64,000 nucleotides of DNA from Parcubacteria group bacterium (GCA_002687175.1 NYZP01000034.1:27951-91950); one strand, 5' to 3'. Shown: positions 45,880 to 56,996, counted from the stretch's first letter. A program made the numbers and translations. Notes: generated from the letters alone by a model not told the origin.

Positions 45880-46074
45880 ATGAGTGGAACGTGTTTGGTG
45901 ATCAAAAAAGGTCAAGAGGATCTTATTGAGAGAGTGTTATCGGCTGCTTTTCCCGGCCTGGAATTTGAACCAGTTACTAACGATTCGAAGCATATGCTTC
46001 GGGTCAAAGGTGATTCCGACCAAGTCGGAGAAGTTCGTTCTTTGTTTAATGGAGTAGAGCAAGTTGCCTACTAG
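45880..46074 (+). CDS. Hypothetical small protein (64 aa)
   Basis: SD 'aggagg' lies 8 nt upstream of the ATG at 45880. Terminator hairpin at 46083-46113. Confidence 0.35.
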   Translation: MSGTCLVIKKGQEDLIERVLSAAFPGLEFEPVTNDSKHMLRVKGDSDQVGEVRSLFNGVEQVAY

Positions 46075-46154
46075 AAGCTTATGTCCAGAGTGTTTAACAT
46101 TCTGGACTTTTTTTATAATTGACATTGCTTTTTTTGGGTGATAAAATATAAATG

Positions 46155-46417
46155 AACTTCACTTTCATGATTGGTAAAAGTTTTGGGACAACCTGTGATA
46201 GTAGGGATTCTATAGCGGATGCAACTGTGGTTGTTAACCTGCGAACCCAAAGGTCAAACGCAGCAAATCTTACGTTAAAGTGTATCATATACTTTAAAGG
46301 TAATATTTACTGACACGGCTGGCTTTCACTTAGCCAAAATCTTTGGCCAGTTATAAGTGGAGTTCTATAATTGGGAATTCTACCAATAAAACCTGAATTT
46401 ACCAGGTTTATTTTTTT
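46155..46417 (+). ncRNA. Promoter-to-terminator noncoding transcription unit of about 260 nt (candidate sRNA or cis-regulatory leader of the downstream gene)
   Basis: TTGACA (46119-24), 17-nt spacer, TAAAAT (46142-47). Terminator 'aaacctg aattta ccaggttt' plus T9 (46388-46417). No ORF longer than a spurious minus-strand one. Internal hairpins, e.g. 'ctgcg..cgcag'. Confidence 0.35.
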
Positions 46418-46422
46418 GCCTT

Positions 46423-47208
46423 ATGGATAAAGATTTAAAAAAACTTATCGAGATTTCTCAAAGCGGGGGAGCGGTTTTAAAAAAGTATTTTGGAAAAAAG
46501 CTTGATGTTATTAATGAAAAGTATAATGCCTCTGACTTGCAAACCACCGTCGATCTAGAATCCGAAAAAGTTATTATTGATCAGCTTAAAAAATATTTTC
46601 CTGATTATAATATTTTATCGGAAGAAGTTGGCAAGATTGACAACGGTTCTAAATTTACTTTTGTTATTGACCCACTTGACGGTACAAACAATTTTGTTTT
46701 GGGAATAGCTAATTTTACCTCGGTCATTGGTTTACTAGAAGGAGACAAAGGAATTATGGCGGCGGTTAATAGTCCAATGACTAATGAAACATTTTATGCG
46801 GCCAGTGGCAGGGGGGCGTTTTTAAATGGTAAAAAAATTAAGGTTAATACTGAATCAGACATGACGAGGTCAACAATCTCCCATGAAGTTGATTATCATC
46901 ACGACCAAACCAGAACGCTTAATATTAGGCACGAACTAGGTGCAAATATTAAGGTAAAGCGATTGTTAACTGACTGGTCTCCACAGTTTATGATATGTTT
47001 GTTGGCAGCTGGTCGGCTTGAAGGTATTATCAGAGAAGAAGGTGAGATTCATGATTATGTGGCTGGTAAAATAATTGCCCGTGAAGCTGGCGCTAAAATA
47101 ACAGATTATCAAGGTAAGCCGGATCAAAGTGATAAAACTGATAAATTTATTATGAGTAATGGTACCCAGGTTCATGACAGGCTGATTGAAGTAGTAAATA
47201 AAAAATAA
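46423..47208 (+). CDS. Inositol monophosphatase family protein
   Basis: 'VIDPLDGTNNF' and 'EE.G' motifs. Confidence 0.7.
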   Translation: MDKDLKKLIEISQSGGAVLKKYFGKKLDVINEKYNASDLQTTVDLESEKVIIDQLKKYFPDYNILSEEVGKIDNGSKFTFVIDPLDGTNNFVLGIANFTSVIGLLEGDKGIMAAVNSPMTNETFYAASGRGAFLNGKKIKVNTESDMTRSTISHEVDYHHDQTRTLNIRHELGANIKVKRLLTDWSPQFMICLLAAGRLEGIIREEGEIHDYVAGKIIAREAGAKITDYQGKPDQSDKTDKFIMSNGTQVHDRLIEVVNKK

Positions 47209-47218
47209 TTCTAAATTT

Positions 47219-47818
47219 ATGTCCAAGTTTCCTTATCCTAAAAATGATGCCGCTACTGACGCACCATTAATCGACGTCATTAAAAAACGTTGGAGTCCTT
47301 TGGCCTTTTCTAATAAACCAATTGAGCCAGAGAAGATTCAAGCTTTACTTGAGGCTATGCGTTGGGCTCAGTCATCACGCAATGAACAACCGTGGCGGTT
47401 GATCTATGCTACCAAAGATGATGCTGAAGATTTTGAACGACTATCTTCTCTTTTAACCGAAGGTAATAGTTGGGCCAAGGATGCTTATTTTTTAGCATTA
47501 GGCTGTACAGTACCAAATCACGTTTATAAAAATAAACCAAACCGGATGGCCATGTACGACACTGGAGGAGCAATTAGTAATATTTTTCTTCAGGCGGTTG
47601 GTATGGATCTAGTGGCTCATGAAATGGGTGGTTACGATAAAGAAGCCGCCTACAAAGTTTTGGAAATTCCCCAGGACATTATTGTTACGGCAATGATAGC
47701 CATTGGTTATCCTGGTGATGAAAGTAAGATTGACCAAGACAAACAAAAAAAGCGTTTTGATCAACATCAAGAACGCAAGGATTTACCAGAAGTAGCTTTT
47801 AAAGGTAAGTGGCAATAA
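47219..47818 (+). CDS. Nitroreductase family protein
   Basis: 'KRWSPLAFSNKPI' and 'RNEQPWRLIY'. Confidence 0.55.
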   Translation: MSKFPYPKNDAATDAPLIDVIKKRWSPLAFSNKPIEPEKIQALLEAMRWAQSSRNEQPWRLIYATKDDAEDFERLSSLLTEGNSWAKDAYFLALGCTVPNHVYKNKPNRMAMYDTGGAISNIFLQAVGMDLVAHEMGGYDKEAAYKVLEIPQDIIVTAMIAIGYPGDESKIDQDKQKKRFDQHQERKDLPEVAFKGKWQ

Positions 47819-48252
47819 AAAATATGGACAAATTATTTCCCAATGAAGAAGTTATCGTATCTGAATACTTTGACGTACATCAAGATTGGGAAGTGCCAAT
47901 TCCTGGATTTTTTATTCTGGCGGCTAAGAGAAAAGTTAGATCAATCGCCGAATTTACCGACGATGAGTCTAAGGAATTTATTTTTCTAGTAAGAAGTATC
48001 CGGCAAGGAATGAAAGAAGTTTTAGATATTAATGATGTTTATATTTTTCAAAATGAAGACACTGAACATAATTTTCATCTTTGGATATTTCCTCGCTATG
48101 ATTGGATGGAAAAGTTTGGTCGAAAGATAGAGTCAGTAAGGCCAATTATGTTATATGCCCAGAAGGAAATGATAGATGAAAAAACGGCCCAAGAAGTTAA
48201 GACGATGGCCGCTATGATGAATGATTATATGAAAGAGAATTTTAATAAATAA
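47809..48252 (+). CDS. HIT-like hydrolase (weak)
   Basis: 'HNFHLWIFPR' resembles the histidine-triad region. Confidence 0.3.
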   Translation: MAIKNMDKLFPNEEVIVSEYFDVHQDWEVPIPGFFILAAKRKVRSIAEFTDDESKEFIFLVRSIRQGMKEVLDINDVYIFQNEDTEHNFHLWIFPRYDWMEKFGRKIESVRPIMLYAQKEMIDEKTAQEVKTMAAMMNDYMKENFNK

Positions 48253-48296
48253 AAAATAGGGTATTAAAAAAATAATGACAGGTTATTATCCCATCA

Positions 48297-48506
48297 TTAT
48301 TTTTTTGTTTCCTTATTTTTCTTTGCCTTGTCCCTATTGTTGGACTTAGCAAGATTCTTTAGACAGCTGGTGCAAATGGATATTTTTTTGCCATCAATTT
48401 TTTTAGACTGAAGGTTTAATTTTTGTCGTCTGATGGTTTTAACCTGAGAATGACTTTTCCAGTTTGCTTTTAATGGCTGCCGTTTACAGATATCGCACTG
48501 AGCCAT
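48297..48506 (-). CDS. rpmB: Ribosomal protein L28
   Basis: 'MAQCDICKRQP...SHSQVKTIRRQKLNLQ...ICTSCLK' matches the L28 family. Confidence 0.7.
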   Translation of the reverse strand: MAQCDICKRQPLKANWKSHSQVKTIRRQKLNLQSKKIDGKKISICTSCLKNLAKSNNRDKAKKNKETKK

Positions 48507-48588
48507 AAATTTAATGATTATTAATTTATACTTTATCCTAGCAGATTTATTTTAATAAATCAAGTCCCTGTGTTATTATATAAGTATT

Positions 48589-49239
48589 ATGGAAGGAATT
48601 ATTTTTCTAATTTTTATTGTCACCTTTATTTTAGCGGTTATTTTTCATGAGGTGGCTCATGGCTGGGTGGCTAACTATTTTGGTGATGATACTGCCAGAA
48701 TCTCTGGACGCTTATCATTAAATCCAATTGTTCATATTGATCCAATTGGTTCTATTTTGGTTCCGGTTTTATTGTGGATTTCATCAACCGGTTTTTTATT
48801 TGGTTGGGCTAAACCAGTACCGGTGAACCCTCATCGGCTTAGAGGTGGTGCTCAGTCTTATCGTTTGGTGACCATGGCGGGTATATTTACCAATTTGGTC
48901 TTAGCAGTCGTGGCGGCTTTAGTTTTAAAGTTAACAACTCAATTTTTATCAATCCCAACTAATAATTTAGGAGTAACTTTTTTTACGGCTATGTTACAGA
49001 TCAACCTGGTTTTAGCGGTTTTTAATTCTTTGCCTTTGCCAGGATTTGATGGATTTAATTTTTTAACCACCTTTAGCTGGTTTTCTGGCTTGGTTAAGCG
49101 AACACCGTTGGCTGATCCGATGTTTATGGCTCGGTATGGTTTGTTTGCCTCTATATTGTTGATTTTTTTATTTATGCCATTTATTGGAGCAATTTTTTCT
49201 TTTGTTTTTGGCTGGTTTATCCTCATATTTGGCTTATAA
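48589..49239 (+). CDS. Site-2-protease family (M50) membrane metalloprotease
   Basis: 'FHEVAHGW' HExxH within a TM helix, and the 'NSLPLPGFDG' LDG-type motif. Confidence 0.65.
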   Translation: MEGIIFLIFIVTFILAVIFHEVAHGWVANYFGDDTARISGRLSLNPIVHIDPIGSILVPVLLWISSTGFLFGWAKPVPVNPHRLRGGAQSYRLVTMAGIFTNLVLAVVAALVLKLTTQFLSIPTNNLGVTFFTAMLQINLVLAVFNSLPLPGFDGFNFLTTFSWFSGLVKRTPLADPMFMARYGLFASILLIFLFMPFIGAIFSFVFGWFILIFGL

Positions 49240-49261
49240 TTATCTTTACCTCTAAAATTCT

Positions 49262-49300
49262 AATCGGGGTTGACGACATCAGTAAAATTAGTTAGTATAC
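49262..49300 (+). promoter_or_regulatory. str operon promoter candidate
   Basis: 'cggggTTGACGacatcagtaaaattagtTAGTATact'. The 'cggggttgac' motif also precedes tuf at 52866. Confidence 0.4.
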
Positions 49301-49355
49301 TTTTGTATTTATAAACTGCCATTAGGGCAGATTTTTAAGACCAAAATTTTAAAAA

Positions 49356-49832
49356 ATGCCTACAATCAATCAGTTAATTAGAAAAAAGAGAAAGTCTCAG
49401 CCTAAGAAAGCCAAAACTCCGGCTTTAAGGTTAGTTTCTAATACCTTAAAACGTAAAAAGAAAGAGAACCCTAAGGGGGCGGCTTTTAAGCGTGGTGTTT
49501 GTTTGAAAGTTACTACTACTACCCCAAAGAAACCAAACTCAGCTTTAAGAAAAATTGCTAGGGTTCGTTTATCTAATGGCATGGAAGTTACCGCTTACAT
49601 TCCTGGTGAAGGACATAATTTACAAGAGCATTCAGTGGTTTTACTTCGTGGCGGTCGAGTTAAAGATTTGCCTGGTGTACGATATCATATTGTACGTGGT
49701 GTTTACGATACCACCGGGGTTGATGGCCGTAAACAAAGCCGAAGTTTATACGGGGCTAAGAAAAGTGCTGGTGGATCCAAGGCCAAAGCTCCGGCGACTG
49801 AGGTTGCTCCAGCAGAAGCTAAAACAGAATAA
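49356..49832 (+). CDS. rpsL: Ribosomal protein S12 (with an N-terminal insertion and an A/K-rich C-terminal tail)
   Basis: '[59 protein letters not shown]'. Confidence 0.9.
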   Translation: MPTINQLIRKKRKSQPKKAKTPALRLVSNTLKRKKKENPKGAAFKRGVCLKVTTTTPKKPNSALRKIARVRLSNGMEVTAYIPGEGHNLQEHSVVLLRGGRVKDLPGVRYHIVRGVYDTTGVDGRKQSRSLYGAKKSAGGSKAKAPATEVAPAEAKTE

Positions 49833-49835
49833 TAT

Positions 49836-50300
49836 ATGCGTGGAAAAACTCCAATCAGAAAAATTAAACCTGACCCTAAATATCAAAGTGTTAATATTGC
49901 AAAACTTATTAATCAAGTGATGCGCAAGGGCAACAAATCAACTGCCCAAAAAGTTGTTTATGACTGTTTTGATATTATTAAAGAAAAGACCAAAAAAGAT
50001 CCTTTGGAAATTTTTGATGGAGCTTTAAGAAATCTTGGTCCGGAAGTGGAAGTTAAGTCTCGACGAATTGGTGGCGGTAACTATCAAATTCCAGTAGCGG
50101 TAGTTGGTAACCGTCGCAACACCTTGGCCTTTCGTTGGCTGATTGGTGCTGCTAATGCTCGTAAGGGTGCGCCGATGAGACAAAAATTAGCCGATGAATT
50201 GATTGCCGCTTTTAATAAAGAAGGTGCTGCTATTAAAAAGCGTACCGATATTTATAAGATGGCTGAATCTAATCGTGCCTTTGCTCACTTTATTCGATAA
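49836..50300 (+). CDS. rpsG: Ribosomal protein S7
   Basis: 'GKKSTAQKVVYD...VEVKSRRIGGGNYQIPV'. Confidence 0.9.
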   Translation: MRGKTPIRKIKPDPKYQSVNIAKLINQVMRKGNKSTAQKVVYDCFDIIKEKTKKDPLEIFDGALRNLGPEVEVKSRRIGGGNYQIPVAVVGNRRNTLAFRWLIGAANARKGAPMRQKLADELIAAFNKEGAAIKKRTDIYKMAESNRAFAHFIR

Positions 50301-50316
50301 ATTTTTTTAATAAATT

Positions 50317-52428
50317 ATGGCTCGTGACTACACTCTAGATAAAACTCGTAATATTGGAATTATCGCACACATTGACGCCGGTAAGACTACTGTCACCGAG
50401 CGTATTTTGTTTTACACTGGAAAAAAACATAAAATTGGTGAAGTTCATGAAGGTGAAGCGGAGATGGACTGGATGGAACAAGAGCGTGAGCGGGGAATTA
50501 CCATTACTTCGGCCGCGACAACTTGCTTTTGGGCACCTCGTGGTGAGGAAGACAATAAATGCCGAATTAATATTATTGATACACCTGGCCACATTGATTT
50601 TACGGCCGAGGTTCAGCGTTCACTCCGTGTATTGGACGGTGGCGTTGTGGTGTTTGACGGCGTAGCTGGTGTAGAACCACAATCAGAAACGGTTTATCAT
50701 CAAGCCGAAAAGTTTAAAGTTCCCTTGATGGCGTTCATTAATAAGATGGATCGAACCGGTGCTGATTTTTATTCTGATTTAGATGGTATTAGAGACCGGC
50801 TTACCAAAAATGCTTATCCGATTCAGTTACCCATTGGTGCTGAAGACAAATTTTTAGGAGTGATTGATTTATTAACTCAAAGAGCTTACATTTTTAAAGA
50901 CGATATGGGTAAGGAAGTTGAAGAAACTGATGTCCCTGATGACATGAAAGAAAAAGCGGATAAGTACCGAGCGGAAGTTATTGAAGCAATTGTTCAGCAT
51001 GATGAAGCTTTAATGAATAAATATTTGGGCGGTGAAACCGTTGAGCTTAAAGATTTAAAAAGAGTTTTACGACAAGCCACTATTGATAACGAAATAATGC
51101 CAGTTTTAGTTGGCTCGGCTTTAAAAAATAAAGGTGTCCAGCAGTTACTTGATGCTGTTTGTGACTATTTACCAAATCCTTTAGAGATTCCACCAGTCGT
51201 CGGTTTTCATCCAAAGAACGAAGAGACCGAAGAAAAACGTGAAGCTAATGATGATGATCCTTTTTCCGCTTTGGCTTTTAAAATTGCCGTTGATCCTTAC
51301 GTTGGTAAGCTCTGTTTTTTTAGAGTTTATTCCGGTACTGTTGAAGCAGGTTCTTATATTTTAAATTCCTCAACAGGTAAAAAAGAACGAATTGGTCGGA
51401 TCGTTAGAATGCATGCTAACTCTCGCGAAGAAGTAAAAAAAGTTTATGCCGGGGAAATTGCTGCCGGCGTTGGCTTAAAAGATACTTTCACGGGACATAC
51501 TTTATGCGATGAAACTAACCCTGTAGTGTTAGAATCGATTACTTTTCCTGATCCGGTTATCTCAGTCGCCATTGAACCAAAGACTAAAGCTGATCAAGAA
51601 AAAATGGGTCTAGCACTACAGAAACTGGCTGAAGAAGATCCAACCTTTGTGGTTAAAGGAGATGAAGAAACCATGCAGACAATTATATCTGGTATGGGTG
51701 AACTTCACTTGGAAGTTTTGGTTGACCGAATGAAACGAGAATTTAAAGTTGAAGCTGGTGTTGGTAAACCACAAGTTGCTTTTAAAGAAACTATTAAGGC
51801 CGAGGCTGATGCGGAAGGTAAATATATTAAACAGTCTGGTGGTCGTGGCCAATATGGTCATTGTTTAATCAAGATTGAACCTCAAGGTCAAGGTGAAGGA
51901 TTTGAATTTATTGATAAAGTTAAAGGTGGTACTATTCCTAAAGAGTATATTCCAGCCATCAAAAAAGGAATTAAAGAAGCTATGGACAAAGGAGTGATTG
52001 CTGGGTATCCTTTGATTGATATTAAAGCCACTGTTTACGATGGATCTTTCCATGAAGTTGACTCCTCGGAAGTAGCTTTTAAAATTGCCGCTTCAATGGC
52101 CTTACAAGCTGCTGTTAAAAAAGCCAATCCAATTCTACTTGAACCAATGATGAGAGTTGAAGTGATTACCCCAGAAAGTTTTATGGGAGATGTGATTGGT
52201 AACTTGAATTCTAAACGTGGTCAGATTGAAGAAATGCGTGATCGAGGTCAAACAAAAGTGATTGATGCTAGAGTTCCCTTGGCCGAGATGTTTGGTTATG
52301 CCACTGAGCTTCGCTCAATGTCTCAAGGTAGAGCTTCTTACAGTATGGAATTTGACGATTTTGGTGAAGTACCATCAAACGTTGCTGAGGAAATTAAAGG
52401 TCAAGATAGTAAGCCAACTAAAAAATAA
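50317..52428 (+). CDS. fusA: Elongation factor G
   Basis: '[14 protein letters not shown]' and 'DTPGHIDF'. 703 aa. Confidence 0.95.
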   Translation: MARDYTLDKTRNIGIIAHIDAGKTTVTERILFYTGKKHKIGEVHEGEAEMDWMEQERERGITITSAATTCFWAPRGEEDNKCRINIIDTPGHIDFTAEVQRSLRVLDGGVVVFDGVAGVEPQSETVYHQAEKFKVPLMAFINKMDRTGADFYSDLDGIRDRLTKNAYPIQLPIGAEDKFLGVIDLLTQRAYIFKDDMGKEVEETDVPDDMKEKADKYRAEVIEAIVQHDEALMNKYLGGETVELKDLKRVLRQATIDNEIMPVLVGSALKNKGVQQLLDAVCDYLPNPLEIPPVVGFHPKNEETEEKREANDDDPFSALAFKIAVDPYVGKLCFFRVYSGTVEAGSYILNSSTGKKERIGRIVRMHANSREEVKKVYAGEIAAGVGLKDTFTGHTLCDETNPVVLESITFPDPVISVAIEPKTKADQEKMGLALQKLAEEDPTFVVKGDEETMQTIISGMGELHLEVLVDRMKREFKVEAGVGKPQVAFKETIKAEADAEGKYIKQSGGRGQYGHCLIKIEPQGQGEGFEFIDKVKGGTIPKEYIPAIKKGIKEAMDKGVIAGYPLIDIKATVYDGSFHEVDSSEVAFKIAASMALQAAVKKANPILLEPMMRVEVITPESFMGDVIGNLNSKRGQIEEMRDRGQTKVIDARVPLAEMFGYATELRSMSQGRASYSMEFDDFGEVPSNVAEEIKGQDSKPTKK

Positions 52429-52469
52429 TTTTTATTTTGTGGAGGGCTAAGTAATAAATATTTAAACTT

Positions 52470-52847
52470 ATGCCTAATTCCTTTGACAAGATCATTAACT
52501 TGATCAATAAAACTGGAGACAACTGTGTTGTTTTAGATCATCAAGGCAATCCTGCTTATGTGGTGGTTAAATTCGATAAATACCAGAGTATGATTCTCAA
52601 TAAATCAGAAGTAGCTGGATTAACCGAGGATGAGCTATTGGACAAAATCAATCGCGATGTAGCAACTTGGAAAGCCAATCAGGATGCCGAGGATCAAGAC
52701 AATTGGCAAGCGGTAAATAGTGCTGTTGAAGAGATAAAAATTAGCAGAGAGATTGATGATACGGACAATAAATTGCTTAATAAAGCAAAAAATGATCAGG
52801 ATAAAAATGACACTGACGAAAAATACTATTTTGAGCCGATTGATTAG
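52470..52847 (+). CDS. Acidic hypothetical protein inserted between fusA and tuf
   Basis: 125 aa with a D/E/K-rich C-terminus and no recognisable motif. Confidence 0.4.
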   Translation: MPNSFDKIINLINKTGDNCVVLDHQGNPAYVVVKFDKYQSMILNKSEVAGLTEDELLDKINRDVATWKANQDAEDQDNWQAVNSAVEEIKISREIDDTDNKLLNKAKNDQDKNDTDEKYYFEPID

Positions 52848-52865
52848 TCTTTATTCGTTGCCGAA

Positions 52866-52905
52866 CGGGGTTGACATCTCGTAGCAATTTATTATATACT
52901 CAAGA
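52866..52905 (+). promoter_or_regulatory. tuf promoter candidate
   Basis: 'cggggTTGACAtctcgtagcaatttattATATACt' (-35 at 52872-77). Confidence 0.4.
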
Positions 52906-53010
52906 GTGCATTTTATTAAATCATTATTAAATATTAATACGATCTGTTCTGGTAAAATAAATTTCAGAACTGGTTCATAAAAGATCGTAAAAAAGGGAAA
53001 ATTTAAAAAT

Positions 53011-54201
53011 ATGGCAGATAAATTCGACAGAAGTAAACCTCATCTTAATGTTGGTACAATTGGTCACGTTGACCATGGTAAAACAACTTTAACGGCGGCA
53101 CTTTTAGCTTACCTAAACAAAAAGGGTAATAAAGCTAGTGACAAGTCAGTTGATCAGATTGACAGTGCACCAGAAGAAAAAGATAGAGGAATTACTATTG
53201 CCACCGCTCATGTTGAGTATGAGAGTGACTCTCGTCACTACGCTCACATTGACTGTCCAGGTCACGCTGATTACGTTAAAAACATGATTACCGGTGCTGC
53301 TCAAATGGATGGTGCTATTTTAGTTGTTGCCGCTACTGACGGCCCAATGCCTCAAACTCGTGAGCACATTTTGCTGGCCAGACAAGTTGGTGTACCAGCG
53401 ATGGTAGTATTTCTAAATAAAGTTGATCAAGTTAAAGATCCTGAGTTAATTGATCTAGTTGAGGAAGAAATTAGAGATCTTCTTAAAAAATATGAATTCC
53501 CAGGAGATGAAGTACCAATCATCAGAGGCTCAGCTTTAAAGGCATTAGAAAATCCTGACGATGCTGAAGCTATTAAACCAATGGAAGAGTTAGTTAAAGC
53601 AATTGATGAATATATTCCAGAACCTACTCGGGATGTTGATAAACCTTACTTAATGGCGATTGAAGATATTTTTTCAATTGAAGGTCGTGGTACCGTTGTT
53701 ACTGGTAAAATTGACCGTGGAATTATTAAGGTTAATGAAGAAGTTGAAATTGTCGGACTTCGGGACACTCAAAAAACAACAGTTACAGGTGTTGAGATGT
53801 TTAACAAGTCATTAGATGAAGGACAGGCTGGAGATAATGCTGGTATCCTGATTCGTGGAACCAAGAAGGATGAAGTCGAACGCGGACAAGTTTTGGCTAA
53901 ACCAGGTAGTATTACTCCACATACAGAATTTGAAGGTGAAACCTATATCTTAACCAAAGAAGAAGGTGGCCGTCACAGCCCATTCTTTAAAGGTTACAAG
54001 CCACAATTTTATATTGGTACGGCCGATGTAACCGGTGATGTTGAATTACCAGAAGGTGCTGAAATGGTTATGCCAGGTGACACTGTTAGCATTAAGATCA
54101 AATTAATTAAAGCAGTTGCCTTGGAAGAAAAACAACGATTTGCTATTCGAGAAGGTGGAAAAACTATAGGCGCTGGTGTGGTAACTAAAATTATTAAATA
54201 A
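53011..54201 (+). CDS. tuf: Elongation factor Tu
   Basis: '[18 protein letters not shown]' and 'DCPGHADY'. Confidence 0.95.
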   Translation: MADKFDRSKPHLNVGTIGHVDHGKTTLTAALLAYLNKKGNKASDKSVDQIDSAPEEKDRGITIATAHVEYESDSRHYAHIDCPGHADYVKNMITGAAQMDGAILVVAATDGPMPQTREHILLARQVGVPAMVVFLNKVDQVKDPELIDLVEEEIRDLLKKYEFPGDEVPIIRGSALKALENPDDAEAIKPMEELVKAIDEYIPEPTRDVDKPYLMAIEDIFSIEGRGTVVTGKIDRGIIKVNEEVEIVGLRDTQKTTVTGVEMFNKSLDEGQAGDNAGILIRGTKKDEVERGQVLAKPGSITPHTEFEGETYILTKEEGGRHSPFFKGYKPQFYIGTADVTGDVELPEGAEMVMPGDTVSIKIKLIKAVALEEKQRFAIREGGKTIGAGVVTKIIK

Positions 54202-54273
54202 AAAATTTGTAGCGATCCCGAGAAATCGGGGTCGCTACTTAGATTAAATATAAACTAATGTTCTTTCAACCAG

Positions 54274-54639
54274 ATGGCAATTAAGAAAATTCCGGTTTCC
54301 TCTCGTAAAGCTGATGAGGAATCCGAAGAAGGTAAACAAAAAATCAGAATTAAAATTAAAGCTTACGATCATAAAATAATTGATCAGTCTACCAAGACAA
54401 TCATGGAAACGGTTGAGCGTACCGGGGCTAAAGTTTTAGGTCCTGTACCTTTGCCAACCGAGAAGAAAAAATACACTGTTATGAAATCTTCGTTCGTTCA
54501 TAAAGATTCACGTGAACAGTACGAGATGCGTATCCATAAAAGACTACTAGACATTGTTAACCCGGGACCGAAGACCATTGATTCGTTACAGAATTTAAAC
54601 TTACCAGCTGGAGTAGACGTTGAAATTAAAATGGCCTGA
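54274..54639 (+). CDS. rpsJ: Ribosomal protein S10
   Basis: '[16 protein letters not shown]...' at the head of the S10 operon. Confidence 0.85.
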   Translation: MAIKKIPVSSRKADEESEEGKQKIRIKIKAYDHKIIDQSTKTIMETVERTGAKVLGPVPLPTEKKKYTVMKSSFVHKDSREQYEMRIHKRLLDIVNPGPKTIDSLQNLNLPAGVDVEIKMA

Positions 54640-54814
54640 CATTAGGCAAAATAATCTTTAGAAATATAGAGAAAGCTTCCGATCACCAGATTGAGAAAAA
54701 CCTCTGTAGTTCCCAATGATTATTCAAGGAGATTAAAAACTTATAAAATTAAAGCCATACAATTCGCCAAGATTTAATCTGGCTTCTTGAGGCAGATTTT
54801 TATTTTTAATAAAT

Positions 54815-55660
54815 ATGAAATTCATTCTTGCAGAAAAAAAAGAAATGACCCAGAAATTTGAAGAAAACGGAACAGTAATTCCGGTGACTAAGGTTATTGC
54901 AAATCCTTGTGTTGTAACACAGCTTAAGGACATTAAAAAAGACGGCTATACTGCCGTTCAAATTGGTTTTGGTAGTAAGAGGAATTTATCTAAATCGGTC
55001 AAAGGACATTTAAAAAATTTAGGCAACTTTCGTTATCTTAAGGAATTTAAAATATCCGATGAAGACGCTAAAAAGTTAGCCGTTGGTAATAAAATAACAG
55101 TTAATATTTTTCAATCAGGTGACAAGGTTAAGGTATCCGGCACCTCTAAAGGTAAAGGTTTTCAGGGGGTAGTGAAACGTCATGGTTTTCATGGTTCTCT
55201 GGCTTCTCATGGTCACAAAGATCAGTTAAGAATGCCGGGGTCAATTGGCGCTACTGGACCAGCCCATGTTTTTAAAGGTAAAAAAATGCCAGGTCAAATG
55301 GGTAATAGCCAAGTAACGGTTACAAATTTAGAGATTGTTGAGATTGATTCTGATAAAAATGAAATTTTTATAAAAGGTGCTGTTCCGGGAGCCCGGAATA
55401 ATTTACTATTAATTTCTGGTGTTGGTGATTTAGTAATTGAAGAAGAAAAGTCAGTTGACGATTCAGGCAATAGACAAGAAACAACCACAGAAAATGAAGA
55501 TAAAGATACTAAGGATTCTGTCGAAGCAAAAAAATCACCAGAAGTTGAGTCTAGCAAAAAAGAAGATGAACCAATTAAAGATTCTGTTGAGAAACAAGAG
55601 ACTACGGAAGTTAAAGCAGAAGAAAAAAAGCCAGAGGCTAAAATTGAGGCCAGTAAATAA
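54815..55660 (+). CDS. rplC: Ribosomal protein L3 with a C-terminal K/E-rich extension of about 70 aa
   Basis: 'SKGKGFQGVVKRHGF' plus the C-terminal KE-rich tail. Confidence 0.85.
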   Translation: MKFILAEKKEMTQKFEENGTVIPVTKVIANPCVVTQLKDIKKDGYTAVQIGFGSKRNLSKSVKGHLKNLGNFRYLKEFKISDEDAKKLAVGNKITVNIFQSGDKVKVSGTSKGKGFQGVVKRHGFHGSLASHGHKDQLRMPGSIGATGPAHVFKGKKMPGQMGNSQVTVTNLEIVEIDSDKNEIFIKGAVPGARNNLLLISGVGDLVIEEEKSVDDSGNRQETTTENEDKDTKDSVEAKKSPEVESSKKEDEPIKDSVEKQETTEVKAEEKKPEAKIEASK

Positions 55661-55663
55661 TTT

Positions 55664-56446
55664 ATGGAAAAAGTAACGGTTTACAATATTAAGGGTGAAA
55701 AAGTAAAAGAAATGGATTTAAATCCAGACATTTTTGGTCTGGAAATAAAACCAGAATTAGTTCAACAGGCCGTTATAGCTCAACAGGCAAATTCTCGACA
55801 AAATTTGGCTCACACTAAAGATCGTAGCGATATTCGTGGTGGTGGTAAAAAACCATGGCGTCAAAAAGGTACTGGTCGAGCACGACACGGTTCAATTCGT
55901 TCACCACTATGGATAGGTGGTGGAGTAACATTTGGTCCCAGAAAAAATAGAAACTATTCAACGAAGATTAATAGAAAAGCCAAGAGTAAAGCAATGCTAA
56001 TGAGTTTATCTGACAAAGCTACTAATCACAAAATTGTGCTTTTAGATAAGCTGGAGCTTGAAGAAGCTAAAACTAAAAAAGTTTTTGAAATGTTACAAAA
56101 TTTAAAATTACGACAGAAAAAGGAAGTTCAAAAAAAGTCCAAACAAACTGAAAAAAAAGAGGCTGATAAAAAAGCAGTCAATAAAGTTAAAAATAAAAAG
56201 CCCTCAGTTAAAAGTGTTTTAGTGGTTCTGCCAAGCAAAAATGATAAGGTTAAAAGAGCTACTAGCAACATTAATAAAGTGGACACTATTTTAGCTGATA
56301 GTCTCAACGTTGTTGATATCTTAAAAAATCAATATTTATTATTACCGGTTGATTCACTGGAAAAAATTAAAAAAACTTTTATTTCCGTTTCAGCGCCAAC
56401 TAAAGTTAGTGCAAAGGCTGAGATTAAGGCGAACAAGAAAAAATAA
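55664..56446 (+). CDS. rplD: Ribosomal protein L4 (K-rich C-terminal extension)
   Basis: 'RGGGKKPWRQKGTGRARHGSIRSP'. Confidence 0.85.
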   Translation: MEKVTVYNIKGEKVKEMDLNPDIFGLEIKPELVQQAVIAQQANSRQNLAHTKDRSDIRGGGKKPWRQKGTGRARHGSIRSPLWIGGGVTFGPRKNRNYSTKINRKAKSKAMLMSLSDKATNHKIVLLDKLELEEAKTKKVFEMLQNLKLRQKKEVQKKSKQTEKKEADKKAVNKVKNKKPSVKSVLVVLPSKNDKVKRATSNINKVDTILADSLNVVDILKNQYLLLPVDSLEKIKKTFISVSAPTKVSAKAEIKANKKK

Positions 56447-56450
56447 TTAT

Positions 56451-56996
56451 ATGGGAATTTTTGATAAATTTAAAAAACAAGATGACAAACGCCAATCAGA
56501 TAGTAAAGCTGATGATAAAGTTGCTAAAGTAGCTGAACAAAAACAGCCAGAAGAGTCAGCTGGTAAATCAGCTAAAGAGAAAATTGATTCGCCAAAAATT
56601 GATTCCCCGGTGAAAAAGGTAAAATCTGATAAGGTAAAACCAAATGTTGCTAAACCAGGTAAAGTAGCCACTGACAAAAAAGGGAAATCAGATGTTATAA
56701 AAGGTAAGACCGCTCAAGCTTACAAAGTCTTAGTCAAGCCGTTAGTAACCGAGAAGGCTAGCGATTTGGGAGTTTTAAATAAATATGTTTTTGCAATTGC
56801 TGTTGGTATGAATAAAATAGAGGTTAAAAAAGCAATTCGTACAATTTATAAAGTTGAACCAGTCAAAATTAATATAGCTAATTTTAAGGGAAAAAATGTT
56901 CGGTATGGACGTGTTAAAGGTAAAACTAAATCATGGAAAAAAGCCGTGGTAACCTTAAAACCCGGCGATAAGATTGAAGTTTACGAAGGAGTTTAA
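56451..56996 (+). CDS. rplW: Ribosomal protein L23 with an N-terminal K-rich extension of about 85 aa
   Basis: The L23 core '[13 protein letters not shown]...[17 protein letters not shown]' sits at the C-terminus. The start is likely the ATG at 56451, directly after the rplD stop (the track ORF begins at 56349). Confidence 0.8.
   Translation: MGIFDKFKKQDDKRQSDSKADDKVAKVAEQKQPEESAGKSAKEKIDSPKIDSPVKKVKSDKVKPNVAKPGKVATDKKGKSDVIKGKTAQAYKVLVKPLVTEKASDLGVLNKYVFAIAVGMNKIEVKKAIRTIYKVEPVKINIANFKGKNVRYGRVKGKTKSWKKAVVTLKPGDKIEVYEGV

Noticed and set aside
56349-56450. Long L23 ORF start (56349) overlapping the end of rplD.
   Set aside because: The in-frame ATG at 56451 immediately after the rplD stop is the more parsimonious start. 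The upstream extension overlaps L4 coding sequence.
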